Source: Solirubrobacteraceae bacterium
GTDB taxonomy: Bacteria > Actinomycetota > Thermoleophilia > Solirubrobacterales > Solirubrobacteraceae
DNA: 64,000 bases
Assembly: GCA_036498245.1 (NCBI GenBank)
Contig: DASXIB010000042.1
Span: forward strand, 13,709-77,708
Direction: 5' to 3'
The number at the start of each line of letters is the position of its first letter. The stretch's first letter is position 1. Under the pieces are notes generated by a model. That model saw only the letters and a program-made list of their open reading frames with translations. It did no database searches and was not told the origin of the DNA. The position numbers and the translations under genes were made by a program. Positions 29,578 through 43,699 of the stretch are shown here, in pieces.

Positions 29578-30168
29578 ATGTTCAAATCTAAACGCAGTCT
29601 CAATTACGCCAACATAACCGCCACGCTCGCGCTTGTGTTCTCCATGAGCGGCGGAGCGCTGGCCGCAAGCCACTATCTGATCAACTCAACGAGCCAGATC
29701 AATCCGAAAGTGCTCAAGAAGCTCAAGGGCAAGGATGGAGCGAACGGAGCGAACGGCGCTTCCGGGGCGACCGGTGCCACCGGCGCGACTGGCGCAACCG
29801 GAGCAACTGGGGGAACGGGCAAAGAAGGGCCGCCCGGAGCCGCCGGCACCGCCGTTGCCTTCGCTTATGTCACCGGTACAGCGACATCCCCGACGCTCTC
29901 GAACGCCAAGAACGTCTCGTCTGTGAGCAGGGTCGGACCAGCAGTGACAAAAGGGGAGTACTGCCTCACCACCGTTCCATTCCAGAACGTGACCGGCATC
30001 ACGGACCTCGAGTTCGGCGGCGGGAACGGCGTGACGGTCAGCGCCGACACGGCCATCGTGCCCATTCTGATCGGCGCAAGTGAGTGTCCTGCCGGGACTA
30101 CTGTCGTCGTAACCACAGGCAGCGAAAAAGAATCAAAAGACACCAACTTCTGGATCTCCTTCAATTAG
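29578..30168 (+). CDS. Secreted protein with a short collagen-like (Gly-X-Y) repeat
   Basis: Signal-like YANITATLALVFSMSGGALAA, about 14 GXY triplets, and a beta-rich C-domain with a Cys pair. Confidence 0.85.
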   Translation: MFKSKRSLNYANITATLALVFSMSGGALAASHYLINSTSQINPKVLKKLKGKDGANGANGASGATGATGATGATGATGGTGKEGPPGAAGTAVAFAYVTGTATSPTLSNAKNVSSVSRVGPAVTKGEYCLTTVPFQNVTGITDLEFGGGNGVTVSADTAIVPILIGASECPAGTTVVVTTGSEKESKDTNFWISFN

Positions 30169-30230
30169 CAGGCCTGGGGCACGGCGGGGCGAACGCGCTC
30201 CGCCGTCCTCGAGCCAAGTCGCGGCTCGCG

Positions 30231-32504
<2,274 letters not shown>

Positions 32505-32580
32505 GCCATCTCCTCGGTTCGCTCGTCGCGCGTGGTGTCGGTCCTGGACCCTCCTCCGTTCGGACGGAACGCGACGAGAG

Positions 32581-33021
32581 TCATGCCCTCCTCCTGCCGA
32601 ACGGTGAACGAACGTCCGCGGCGCGCACGAGCGTGGTCCCGCCGCGGTAGGGCACCGTCAGCTCCGCGCGGAACGACTTGCGCACCTGCTCGAGCTCCTC
32701 CGCGAGCTGCACCTGCGCGCGCAGCGCCTGCACCTCCAAGTCTTCGATCCGCGCGTGCATGCTCTCAATTTCCGTCTCCAAATCCAACACCCGCTCGACT
32801 CCCGCCAGGTTGAGACCCAGATCGGCCGTCATCTCCTGGATCCGCCGCAACTTCTCCACGTCCTCCTGCGAGTACAGCCGCGTGCCCTTCGGCGAGCGCT
32901 TGGGCTCGATCAGCCCGCGCGCCTCATACATGCGCAGCGTCTGCGGATGCATGTTCGCGAGCTCCGCCGCCACCGAGATCATGAACACGCCACGGTCGGT
33001 CGCCACTTCGATGCGCGCCAC
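32581..33021 (-). CDS. hspR: MerR-family heat-shock repressor
   Basis: [21 protein letters not shown]...GLNLAGV; follows dnaJ. Confidence 0.93.
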   Translation of the reverse strand: MARIEVATDRGVFMISVAAELANMHPQTLRMYEARGLIEPKRSPKGTRLYSQEDVEKLRRIQEMTADLGLNLAGVERVLDLETEIESMHARIEDLEVQALRAQVQLAEELEQVRKSFRAELTVPYRGGTTLVRAADVRSPFGRRRA

Positions 33022-34148
33022 TACGACGCCTCCTTCTCGAACAGCCGCGCGCGCGGGTCGCCGTTCATCGTCTTCGCCAGCGCGTCGACGGCCGCGCTCT
33101 GCTCGCTGCTGAGCTCGCTCGGCACGTCGATCAGGAAGCGGTAGTGAATGTCCCCGCGCGCCGGCGGCGAGCCCGAGCCGAGCTTCGGCGGCCCCTCGCC
33201 GCGCAGCCGCTGGACCGTGCCGTGCGCCGTTCCGGGCTTCACGCGCAGCGTCTTCGCTCCATTCAACGTCGGCACCTGCACGTCCGCGCCGCGCACCGCC
33301 TCGGGAATGCTCAGCGGAACCTCCACCTCGAGGTTCTCGCCCTTGCGCGCGAACACAGGCGATGCGCCGACATGCGTGATCAGGTACAGGTCGCCGGGGG
33401 GCCCTCCGCGGCGCCCCTGCTCGCCCTTGCCGGGCAAGCGGATACGGCTGCCGTCGCGCACTCCCGCAGGGATGTTCACGCGCAGGCGCTTGACCGTCCG
33501 CACCGCCCCCGAACCGTGACACGTCGGACAGGGATCCTCGATCACCGTGCCCGCTCCATGGCACCGCGAGCAGGGCTGTGAGATCGAGAACATTCCCTGC
33601 CCCTCGCTCTCCACCCCGCGCCCTTCGCAGCGGGGACACACGATCGGCGTCGTCCCCGGCTTCGCGCCCGTGCCGCGGCACGTGTTGCACGTCGTCTGCA
33701 TCGGCACCGACAGCGGCACCTGCGCGCCCGTGACCGCCTGGTCGAAGCTGATCGAGACCTGCGCCTCGAGGTCGTTGCCGCGCTCGGGTCGCGGACGCTG
33801 TCCGCGACCCGCCGCGCTTCCGCCTCCTCCGCCGAACAGGTTCGACAGGATGTCCCCCATCGAGGAGGCGTCGAAGTCGAAGTTGCCGAAGCCGCCGAAG
33901 CCGCCGCCCGGGCCGCCTCCGGTCGTGAACGGGCCGCTGCCGCTGTCGTACTGCTTGCGCTTCTCCGGGTCCCCGAGCACGTCGTGCGCCTGGGAGATCT
34001 CCTTGAACTTCGCCTCCGCCTGCTTGTCGTCGGGGTTGCGGTCGGGGTGGTACCGGCGCGCGAGCTTCCTGTACGCCTTCTTGATCTCATCAGGCGTCGC
34101 CTTCTTCTCGACCCCCAGCGTCTTGTAGTAGTCGGGACGTGTGGCCAT
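33021..34148 (-). CDS. dnaJ: Chaperone DnaJ
   Basis: J domain with HPD, G/F region, four CxxCxGxG. Confidence 0.97.
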   Translation of the reverse strand: MATRPDYYKTLGVEKKATPDEIKKAYRKLARRYHPDRNPDDKQAEAKFKEISQAHDVLGDPEKRKQYDSGSGPFTTGGGPGGGFGGFGNFDFDASSMGDILSNLFGGGGGSAAGRGQRPRPERGNDLEAQVSISFDQAVTGAQVPLSVPMQTTCNTCRGTGAKPGTTPIVCPRCEGRGVESEGQGMFSISQPCSRCHGAGTVIEDPCPTCHGSGAVRTVKRLRVNIPAGVRDGSRIRLPGKGEQGRRGGPPGDLYLITHVGASPVFARKGENLEVEVPLSIPEAVRGADVQVPTLNGAKTLRVKPGTAHGTVQRLRGEGPPKLGSGSPPARGDIHYRFLIDVPSELSSEQSAAVDALAKTMNGDPRARLFEKEAS

Positions 34149-34164
34149 CTCGCTGCCCCTCGTC

Positions 34165-34806
34165 CTACGCGGCCACGACGACCCGGGCCGGGCGGATCAC
34201 ACTCTCGCCCAGCCGGTAGCCGGGCTGATAGACCTCCACCACGGTCCCGCTGTCCGCGTCCTCGACGGGCTGCTGGGCCATCGCCTCGTGCAGGGCCGGG
34301 TCGAAGGCCTCGCCGAGCGGCGAGAACGACTCGATCCCCACGCGCGCGAGCGCGGCGCTGAGCTCCGACCGGAGCAGTCGCACCCCGTCGAGCAGGGAAT
34401 CGTCCTGCGCCACGGCTGCCAGCGCGCGGTCGAGGTTGTCCAACGCCGGCAGCAGCTCCCTCGCCAGGCTCATCACGCCGCGCGTTTGCGCAGCGGCCGA
34501 GTCGCGCGCGACGCGCTTGCGGTAGTTCTCGAAGTCCGCCTGCGTGCGCTGGGCGAGCGCCAGGTACTCGTCGCGCTGGGCCTTGACCCCCGTCAGCTCG
34601 TCTTGCGCCTCGGCCGGCCCGTCCTGCTCCCCGGTCCCCTCGTCGGGGAGCGGGGTATCGACGATCTCGCCTCGGGGCACCTGCTCGTCGCTCGTCTTGC
34701 CATCGTGAGACGCGGCGCCGTCCTTAGGCGCAGCCCCATCCTGAGGCGCGGCCTCGACCTCGACCTCGGTGTCGGTCTGCTCGACCGTCTGCTCGGTGTC
34801 GGTCAT
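34165..34806 (-). CDS. grpE: Nucleotide exchange factor GrpE
   Basis: [32 protein letters not shown]...IRPARVVV. Confidence 0.96.
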   Translation of the reverse strand: MTDTEQTVEQTDTEVEVEAAPQDGAAPKDGAASHDGKTSDEQVPRGEIVDTPLPDEGTGEQDGPAEAQDELTGVKAQRDEYLALAQRTQADFENYRKRVARDSAAAQTRGVMSLARELLPALDNLDRALAAVAQDDSLLDGVRLLRSELSAALARVGIESFSPLGEAFDPALHEAMAQQPVEDADSGTVVEVYQPGYRLGESVIRPARVVVAA

Positions 34807-34808
34807 CG

Positions 34809-36728
<1,920 letters not shown>

Positions 36729-36755
36729 GCTCTTGCTCCTTATCTAAGCTTGATA

Positions 36756-36780
36756 AATCTGAGTGCCAGTGTGGCAGATT
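36756..36780. promoter_or_regulatory. HAIR-like HspR operator
   Basis: AATCTGAGT-N7-TGGCAGATT upstream of dnaK, similar to CTTGAGT-N7-ACTCAAG. Confidence 0.6.
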
Positions 36781-36812
36781 TCCTATGGCGTTTCAAGTGG
36801 TACCGTGTCCAA

Positions 36813-37469
36813 ATGGAGCTGGCAGCGTCCGGGCCTGTCAAGCCGCGCCTGCGCGGGGTCTCGCACGAGTATGCGTTCTTCGTCTCGCTCGCCTGCGGCG
36901 CCGGCCTGATCTTCGCGGCCTCCGATGCGCGCGCGCGTGGGGCGGCGATCGTCTACGCCCTGGCGGTGTCCGGACTGCTGGGCACGAGCGCCCTCTACCA
37001 CCGCGTGACCTGGCGCCCGGCGGCGCGCCGCTGGATGCGCCGCCTGGACCACTCGATGATCTTCGTGCTGATCGCCGGCACCTACACGCCGGTTGCGCTG
37101 CTCGCGCTGAAGGGATCGTTGGCGAGCACGATCCTGATCGTGCTGTGGGCCGGGGCGCTGGGCGGCGTGTTCTTCAAGCTCGCCTGGATCGACGCGCCGA
37201 AGTGGCTGTTGGCGGCGATCTACGTCGCGCTCGGGCTGGTGTCCGCGGCGATCTTCGGCCAGCTCCCCACCGCGATCGGCTGGCTTGCGGTGGCCGGCCT
37301 GGCGGTCGGCGGGCTGCTGTACACGATCGGGGCGGTCGTCTACGCGAGCGGCCGGCCGAACCCGTGGCCGCGCGTGTTCGGCTACCACGAGGTCTTCCAC
37401 GCGCTCGTGATCGTCGCGGCGGGGCTTCACTACGCGGTGATCGCGTTCGCTGTGTTGCCGCGGGGCTGA
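36813..37469 (+). CDS. Hemolysin III/PAQR family membrane protein
   Basis: KPRLRGVSH, SALYH, RRLDHSMIFVLIAGTYTP, FGYHEVFH. Confidence 0.93.
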   Translation: MELAASGPVKPRLRGVSHEYAFFVSLACGAGLIFAASDARARGAAIVYALAVSGLLGTSALYHRVTWRPAARRWMRRLDHSMIFVLIAGTYTPVALLALKGSLASTILIVLWAGALGGVFFKLAWIDAPKWLLAAIYVALGLVSAAIFGQLPTAIGWLAVAGLAVGGLLYTIGAVVYASGRPNPWPRVFGYHEVFHALVIVAAGLHYAVIAFAVLPRG

Positions 37470-37477
37470 AGACAGAC

Positions 37478-37915
37478 TCAGCCAGGGTCAGCGGGCGCCA
37501 CGGCAACGATCTCGAGTAGATCCTCGAGCCCGACGAAGTCGTCGGGATTGCTTGTATAGAGCGGCAAGCCGTTGGATAGGGCAGTCGCCGCTATGAACAA
37601 ATCGACGGTCCGACGACCACGCGCCTTTCGGCCGATCGCTGTGACGGACGCAAACACACGTCCATAAGCGCGGGCTGCAACATCGTCAAAAGGGAGGGAT
37701 TCGAGCGTCGCCTCGATCTGCTGGAGACGCTCCTGTCGACGCGCGCGCTCGTGCGGGTTGGGGGACGCGGGTGGTCCCGCGGCCAACTCGGCGAGCGTCA
37801 CCGACGAGACCGACTGGACGTCGGGCAGTAAGTCCGGATCGATCTCTTCGATGTTGACCACCACCGACGTGTCGAGCAGTCCTCGTGTACGAGTGTCCGA
37901 TTCAGGCTCAGGCAC
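37478..37915 (-). CDS. vapC: VapC PIN-domain toxin
   Basis: GLLDTSVV, VTLAEL, DLFIAATA, LYTSNPDDF. Confidence 0.9.
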   Translation of the reverse strand: MPEPESDTRTRGLLDTSVVVNIEEIDPDLLPDVQSVSSVTLAELAAGPPASPNPHERARRQERLQQIEATLESLPFDDVAARAYGRVFASVTAIGRKARGRRTVDLFIAATALSNGLPLYTSNPDDFVGLEDLLEIVAVAPADPG

Positions 37916-38189
37916 GACGCTTTTTGTCCCAGACCCGCGGGGTTGGGTCCTGGTCTACAAAACGATCGATGTCGGCCCGGAACTGCTTGTAGTCGATGTG
38001 CCCTACTCCGGAGAACTTGGCCAGTACCTCAGCCTTTGGCACGAACCGGCGTCGGCGGATCGGCCGGAGCTCGCCGACGGGCGTCCCGTTGCGTGTCACG
38101 ACGAACGACTCCCCGCGATCGAGCTCGCGCATGATCTCGCCACTGTCGTTGCGGAGCTGGCGCTGCGTTATCTCGCGCATGGTTGACAC
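37908..38189 (-). CDS. Phd/YefM-family antitoxin
   Basis: REITQRQLRNDSGEIM...FVVTRNGTPVGELRP. Start may be 38180. Confidence 0.88.
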   Translation of the reverse strand: MSTMREITQRQLRNDSGEIMRELDRGESFVVTRNGTPVGELRPIRRRRFVPKAEVLAKFSGVGHIDYKQFRADIDRFVDQDPTPRVWDKKRRA

Positions 38190-38383
38190 ACTGTAGCACG
38201 CGTGCGACGCCTAAACATTGCGTAAAATCAGTGGCCGGTGAGCGCCGTCACGGCGGCGGAATCGGCTGGGTCCACCCGAGCGAAGCGACCGACCTGCCGG
38301 TGCGACGCGCCTCTTCCTCCGTGAGGCGATTCGGTCGTGCTCGGACGCGCCCATGCTTCGGCAATACCGTCTATACTCAGCCC

Positions 38384-38614
38384 GTGGCCAAGGTGATGAT
38401 CTCTATGCCCGACGATCTCCTCGCGCGCATCGATGCGCAGGTGAAGTCCGAGCACGCGACGCGCAGCGAGTTCCTGCGACGGCTGGCCGAGCGGGAGCTG
38501 GCGCAGGAGAATCGGCAACGTCGGAGGCGAGTTGAGGAGCTGCTCGACACTGCCACCGGCGGCTTCGGCGGTGACGGGACCAAGCTCATCCGCGAAGATC
38601 GCGAATCGCACTGA
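38384..38614 (+). CDS. CopG/RHH antitoxin
   Basis: KVMISMPDDLLARID...TRSEFLRRL; TATACT 6 nt before the GTG. Confidence 0.85.
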   Translation: MAKVMISMPDDLLARIDAQVKSEHATRSEFLRRLAERELAQENRQRRRRVEELLDTATGGFGGDGTKLIREDRESH

Positions 38615-39015
38615 CGGCGTTACTGCTCGACGCGGGTGTGTGGGTTGCGGCGACCGACGAAGACGACCGGTTCTACACGTCCGCGCGCAGGATCACGGTG
38701 GGGGATCACGAGTTGGCGGTACTCGATCTCACGCTTTACGAGGTCGCGAACGTGGTCACACGTCGGTTCAAGGTCGCGGCGCCCGCCATCGCCGCAGTAC
38801 ACGCTGTGCTCGCGGCGTGCAGACACATCGTGCATGTCGACACCCACATGATCGCGGTCACTGTGAGCCTAGCCGCCGAACACGATCTAACCGCCTATGA
38901 CGCCGGATATGTCGCCGCGGCTCACCGCTACGACTGGACGCTCGTCAGCACAGACGTCAAAGACCTCGTGAGCCGAGGACTTGCCCTAGCGCCGGACGAC
39001 CCGTCTATCCAGTAG
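38611..39015 (+). CDS. vapC: VapC PIN-domain toxin, apparent CTG start
   Basis: LTALLLDAGVW, LYEVANV, LTAYDAGYV, LVSTD; CTGA overlap with the antitoxin stop. Confidence 0.8.
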   Translation: MTALLLDAGVWVAATDEDDRFYTSARRITVGDHELAVLDLTLYEVANVVTRRFKVAAPAIAAVHAVLAACRHIVHVDTHMIAVTVSLAAEHDLTAYDAGYVAAAHRYDWTLVSTDVKDLVSRGLALAPDDPSIQ

Positions 39016-39030
39016 GCACCCAGGGCTCAG

Positions 39031-39738
39031 CTAAAACAACCCTCGGCTCGGACACATCCGCGCCAGCGCACACTCCCCACAGGTAGGCACACGCGAGTGG
39101 CAAGTGCGCCGGCCATGACGCAGCAGGTTGACGTGGAGCTCGAGCTCCTGACCGGGAGGGGTGAGCGCGAGCATCTGGTCGTGCAGCTCCTCGAACGGCG
39201 CACCCGGCCGCAAGAGCCGCAGGCGCATGCCCACGCGCGAAACGTGCGTGTCGACCGGCACATCGCGCAGGCCGTAGGCGAACAGCAGCACGCATGCAGC
39301 CGTCTTTCGCCCCACCCCGGGGAGGCCGATCAGATACTCGCGGCCCTCCCCCACCGGCGCCGCGCGCATCCAGTCGAGCGAGAGCGGACCGGCGTCGGGC
39401 GCATGCTCGTGCTCTTGCTCGCGATCTGAGATCGCCCGCAGGATCGCCTGTATCCGAGCCGACTTCACCTTGGAGATCCCGCCCGGACGAATCGCCTCCT
39501 CGATCTCCTCGACAGGCGCATCGCGCACCGCCTCCCACGAGGCGAAGCGCTCGCGCAGCCGCAGGTAGGCCACGTCGCGATTGCGGTCGTTGGTCGACTG
39601 CGACAGCACGGTCAGCACGAGCTCGGCGAGCGGATCGCCGTGCGGCTTCATCAGCGGTACGCCGTACACCTCGCGCAAGCGGTCGCGGATCCTCAGCACA
39701 CGCGCACGCGACGGAGGCTTCCAGGCGGTCGGGGGCAT
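39031..39738 (-). CDS. nth: Endonuclease III family HhH-GPD glycosylase
   Basis: VLSQSTND, LPGVGRKTA, VDTHVSR, C-x6-C-x2-C-x5-C. Confidence 0.9.
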   Translation of the reverse strand: MPPTAWKPPSRARVLRIRDRLREVYGVPLMKPHGDPLAELVLTVLSQSTNDRNRDVAYLRLRERFASWEAVRDAPVEEIEEAIRPGGISKVKSARIQAILRAISDREQEHEHAPDAGPLSLDWMRAAPVGEGREYLIGLPGVGRKTAACVLLFAYGLRDVPVDTHVSRVGMRLRLLRPGAPFEELHDQMLALTPPGQELELHVNLLRHGRRTCHSRVPTCGECALARMCPSRGLF

Positions 39739-39764
39739 CGGCCCACGGTATATATCCTCGGCCG

Positions 39765-40652
39765 GTGCCCGACGTCAGCGACCACACCGGCGAGATCGGC
39801 GGCCTTCCGGTCTTCTGGCGAAGCGCGCCCCTGGCACGCCTGGCGTTCGAGCCTGACGAAGCTTCCACAACCCGCCAGGCAGGCGCACCCTCACCCGGAG
39901 GCTCCGATGTGTCGACGCTGCCCCTGTACCTGCACGGCGTGCCCACGAACTCCGACGACTGGATCCCGTTCCTCGAACGCACCGGTGGTCTCGCGCCGGA
40001 CCTTCCCGGCTTCGGGCGCTCGGGCAAGCCCGGTCACTTCGACTACTCGATCTCCGGTTACACGGACTTCCTGGAGCGCTTCCTCGAGCTGGCCGGCGTC
40101 GAGCGGGTGAGCCTCGTCGTGCACGACTGGGGGGCCGTGGGGCTCGCCTTCGCCCAGCGCCACCCCGAGCGGGTCGAGCGGCTGGTGGTGATCAACGCGG
40201 TGCCGCTGCTGCCCGGCTACCGCTGGCACCGGATCGCGCGCGTGTGGCGCACACCGGTGCTGGGCGAGCTGGCGATGGGCTCGACCGTCCGGCGCACCCT
40301 GCGAGTGTCCTCCAGGGAGTCGAACGTCACGCCCGGGCCGTTGCCGGAGGCGTGGCTCGACACCGTGCTCGACCACTTCGACCAGGGAACCCAGCGGGCG
40401 ACTCTGCGCCTCTATCGCAGCGCGCCGCCGGATGGGCTCGCGGCGGCCGGGGCGCAACTCGAACGCCTGACGATGCCCGCGCTCGTCGTGTGGGGCCTGC
40501 GGGATCCCTACATTCCCGCCGGCTTCGGGCGCGCGTATGCGCAAGCGCTCGGCGACGCCGAGCTGGTCGAGCTCTCCGACGCCGGGCACGTGCCGTGGCT
40601 CGACCGTCCTGAGACGATCGACCGGGTTGCTGACTTCCTGACCGCGCCCTGA
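39765..40652 (+). CDS. Alpha/beta hydrolase (haloalkane dehalogenase/epoxide hydrolase-like)
   Basis: LHGVPT, PDLPGFGRS, VHDWGA, AGH. Confidence 0.9.
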   Translation: MPDVSDHTGEIGGLPVFWRSAPLARLAFEPDEASTTRQAGAPSPGGSDVSTLPLYLHGVPTNSDDWIPFLERTGGLAPDLPGFGRSGKPGHFDYSISGYTDFLERFLELAGVERVSLVVHDWGAVGLAFAQRHPERVERLVVINAVPLLPGYRWHRIARVWRTPVLGELAMGSTVRRTLRVSSRESNVTPGPLPEAWLDTVLDHFDQGTQRATLRLYRSAPPDGLAAAGAQLERLTMPALVVWGLRDPYIPAGFGRAYAQALGDAELVELSDAGHVPWLDRPETIDRVADFLTAP

Positions 40653-40666
40653 GGCAGGCAACGCCG

Positions 40667-42076
40667 ATGGCAGCGCACGCAGCGATATCCGCACCGCAAG
40701 AGCCCGTCGAGCGGGCGGCATGGTCGTCGCGCGCTCTCGGGCGTCCTTGGGTGCTGGCGCTCGCCATGGCGATCCCGCTCGTGCTCGCCTACCTGATCTG
40801 GATGCCGCCGGCCGCCGACCTCGCCGCCGCCACGTACCGCAGCGACCTGTTCGCGCGCGTGGGCTTCGCGTTGCGCGATAACGGCTGGTACGCCGTCCAC
40901 GGCCACTACCTGCTCGGCTACTCGCTGCTGTCCCCCGCGCTGGGCGCGCTGATCGGCGTGCGCGTGTCGCTCGTCCTCTCGACCCTCGCCGCGAGTGTCC
41001 TGTTCGGGCTGATCGCGGAGCGCGCCTTCGGCCTCGCGGGCGGACGCGTGGCCGCCGTCGTGTTCGCGCTCGGCTTCGGCGTCGGCCTGCTCTCCGGGCG
41101 CGTCGCCTACGACCTCGGCTTCGTAATCGGACTCGGCTCGGTGCTCGCGCTGACGCGCGGGCGGTTCGCGCTCGCGCTCGTCCTGGCGGTGCTCACGAGC
41201 GCCGCCAGCCCCGTCGCGGGAGTGTTCCTCGCGCTCGCTCTGCTCGCCTGGGCGCTCGCCGAGGGCGCATTGTTCAATCGACCGCACGTCCGCTCGTTCG
41301 CGCTCCCGGCCGCCGCGCTCGCGCCGATCCTTGTGCTGAGCCTGGCCTACCCGGAGGGTGGATACGAGCCGTTCGCCTCCTCGGCCTTCTGGCCGGCGCT
41401 CGCGGGAGTCCTGCTGATCGCGCTGCTGCTGCCGCGGGGGCCGCTCACGCCGCGCACGCACAGGGCGCTGCGCATCGGCGCCGCACTGTACGCGCTGGCG
41501 CTGATCGGCTCGTTCGCGATCAAGACCCCGGTGGGGGGCAACGCGGCTCGCCTCGGGCCGGCGCTCGCAGCGCCGCTGATCGCCGGCGTGGGATGGAGCG
41601 GGCGTCGCGCGACGCTGTGTCTGTTGGCCCCGCTGCTGCTCTACTGGCAGCTCAACACGCCGATCGGCGACCTGTCACTGGTCGCCGGCGATAAGTCGGT
41701 GAAGACCTCCTACTACAGACCCCTGCTGTCCGAGCTGCGCCGCCTGCGCGATGGCGCGCCGACGATCGTCGAGGTGCCGCTGACGGCCGTCCATTGGGAG
41801 GCCGCGCTGTTGGCAGGCCACGATCGTGTCTCGCTCGCCCGCGGCTGGGAGCGCCAGCTCGATACGCGCTACGCCGCGCTGTTCTACCGCCGGCCGCTCA
41901 CCGCGGCGGGCTACCGCGCATGGCTGGGCGAGAACCACGTCGCCTACGTCGCGCTGGCGGACACGCGCCTCGACTACGCCGGGCAGGCCGAGGGAGCTCT
42001 CGTCGCCCACGGCCTGCCGTACCTGCGCGAAGTGTGGCGCTCCGAGCACTGGCGCCTGTACAGGGTCACCCCCTGA
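40667..42076 (+). CDS. Polytopic membrane protein (possibly GT-C-like)
   Basis: About 11 TM segments, DLAA and YSLLSP motifs, extracytoplasmic C-domain ARGWERQLD. Confidence 0.75.
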   Translation: MAAHAAISAPQEPVERAAWSSRALGRPWVLALAMAIPLVLAYLIWMPPAADLAAATYRSDLFARVGFALRDNGWYAVHGHYLLGYSLLSPALGALIGVRVSLVLSTLAASVLFGLIAERAFGLAGGRVAAVVFALGFGVGLLSGRVAYDLGFVIGLGSVLALTRGRFALALVLAVLTSAASPVAGVFLALALLAWALAEGALFNRPHVRSFALPAAALAPILVLSLAYPEGGYEPFASSAFWPALAGVLLIALLLPRGPLTPRTHRALRIGAALYALALIGSFAIKTPVGGNAARLGPALAAPLIAGVGWSGRRATLCLLAPLLLYWQLNTPIGDLSLVAGDKSVKTSYYRPLLSELRRLRDGAPTIVEVPLTAVHWEAALLAGHDRVSLARGWERQLDTRYAALFYRRPLTAAGYRAWLGENHVAYVALADTRLDYAGQAEGALVAHGLPYLREVWRSEHWRLYRVTP

Positions 42077-42159
42077 GGAGGCTGGGCCTGCGCGAGCGCG
42101 GAGTCGATCGTCGAGCGCTGTGGCAATGGTCTGAGAGACCATCGTCTAGGCTCTGGACA

Positions 42160-42960
42160 ATGGTCGCCCGGCTACGTCTCTCGCAGGCGCGGCTCCTGCC
42201 GCACGGATGGCGGGACGCGCTGCGCCAGGTCTCGCTGTTCCTTGCCGCGTACTTCGCCTATCGCCTCGTGCGGGGCCTCGTGGAGGGCAAAGCGACCGCC
42301 GCCTTCCAGAACGCGCGCGAGCTGATCTCGGTCGAGCGCACGCTGCATTTCTTCGTCGAGCCGAGCGTGCAGGCGTGGGCGTCGGGCAGCCACCTGATGA
42401 TGGAGGTGGCGAGCTGGCTGTACGTGAACGCGCAGACGTCGGTGACGATCGGCGCCCTGCTGTACCTCTACCTGCGCCACAACCGCTCCTTCTACTTCGT
42501 CCGCAACATGTTCATGATCGGGATGGCGATCGCTCTCGTCGCCTACGTCGTGTTCCCGACCGCGCCGCCGCGGTTCATGCCCGAGTGGGGCTTCATCGAC
42601 AGTGTTTCGTCCTTCACCGGCGTGCACGTCGACCACGCCAGCGCGTCGATGAGCGCGCTGTTCAACCCCTACGCGGCGGTCCCCTCGATGCACGTCGCGT
42701 TCGCGCTGATGATCGGCTGGCCGCTCGCGCGCCTCGCACGAAGCCCCGTCGTGCGGGTGGCGTGGCTGCTGTACCCGTTTCTGATGACGTTCGTGATCGT
42801 GGTCACCGCCAACCACTTCATCGCAGACGCGCTGCTCGGAGCGCTCACCGCGGGGCTGTCCGCCTACGGCGCGCGCCAGCTCGCGCGCGCGCGGCCGAAC
42901 GCGTGGCGCTTCTCCACCGCTCTACCCACTCGCGCAGGCGTGAGCGCCGGCGGCGGTTGA
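42160..42960 (+). CDS. PAP2-superfamily (Aur1/inositolphosphotransferase-like) membrane enzyme
   Basis: FPTAPPR, NPYAAVPSMH, TANHFIAD. Confidence 0.88.
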   Translation: MVARLRLSQARLLPHGWRDALRQVSLFLAAYFAYRLVRGLVEGKATAAFQNARELISVERTLHFFVEPSVQAWASGSHLMMEVASWLYVNAQTSVTIGALLYLYLRHNRSFYFVRNMFMIGMAIALVAYVVFPTAPPRFMPEWGFIDSVSSFTGVHVDHASASMSALFNPYAAVPSMHVAFALMIGWPLARLARSPVVRVAWLLYPFLMTFVIVVTANHFIADALLGALTAGLSAYGARQLARARPNAWRFSTALPTRAGVSAGGG

Positions 42961-42981
42961 GCGGCGACGGTCGCGGCGCAC

Positions 42982-43647
42982 ATGGCCCCCCGGCACCCAG
43001 CTCCCGCACGTCGCACGCGACGTGGCGCCTACCGCGGCGGAGCTCGCGGCGCACGCCCCCCGATCGGCTCGGGCGTCCGGCGCGAGCTCGTGCGCAACCG
43101 GCTTGTCGAGTCGCGCCTGACGCCGAACGCGATCTCGCTGACGGGCTTCGCGCTGAACCTGATCGCCGCCGCGCTCGTGTGGGAACGGCTGTTCTTCCTC
43201 GGCGGCCTGGCGTTCGTCGTCGGCTCGATCATGGACACGCTCGACGGGCGCTACTCGCGCATGTCCGGCAAGGGCACCCCGTTCGGCGCGTTCCTCGACT
43301 CGACGCTCGACCGCATCGAGGAGGGCATCGTGCTGACTGCCGTGGCCGGGTACTTCGCGCTGCACGGCAATCGTGTTGCCGCGGCCACCGTCGTCGTGGC
43401 AGTACTGGCCTCGCTGATGGTCAGCTACACCCGCGCCCGCGCCGAGGCGCTGGGGGTCGAGTGCAAGGTCGGGATCGCCACGCGGCCGGTGCGCGTCGTG
43501 ATCCTCTCGATCGGGCTGCTCTTCGCCCGGGGCGCGTCGCTCGGCTCCTTCGAGCTGCTGCAACCCGCCGTGTACGTGCTGGCGGCGCTCAGCCTCGTGA
43601 CGGTGGCCCAGCGCATCTGGCACGTGCGCCGCGAGCTGTCGGTGTGA
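42982..43647 (+). CDS. pgsA: CDP-alcohol phosphatidyltransferase (phosphatidylinositol-phosphate synthase-like)
   Basis: TPNAIS, DTLDG...G...GAFLDSTLDR, SYTRARAE. Start uncertain. Confidence 0.85.
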   Translation: MAPRHPAPARRTRRGAYRGGARGARPPIGSGVRRELVRNRLVESRLTPNAISLTGFALNLIAAALVWERLFFLGGLAFVVGSIMDTLDGRYSRMSGKGTPFGAFLDSTLDRIEEGIVLTAVAGYFALHGNRVAAATVVVAVLASLMVSYTRARAEALGVECKVGIATRPVRVVILSIGLLFARGASLGSFELLQPAVYVLAALSLVTVAQRIWHVRRELSV

Positions 43648-43699
43648 CCTCCCAACCCCCGCGGGGTAGTCTCCCCGAACTGCGAGGAAGGACTTCCAC

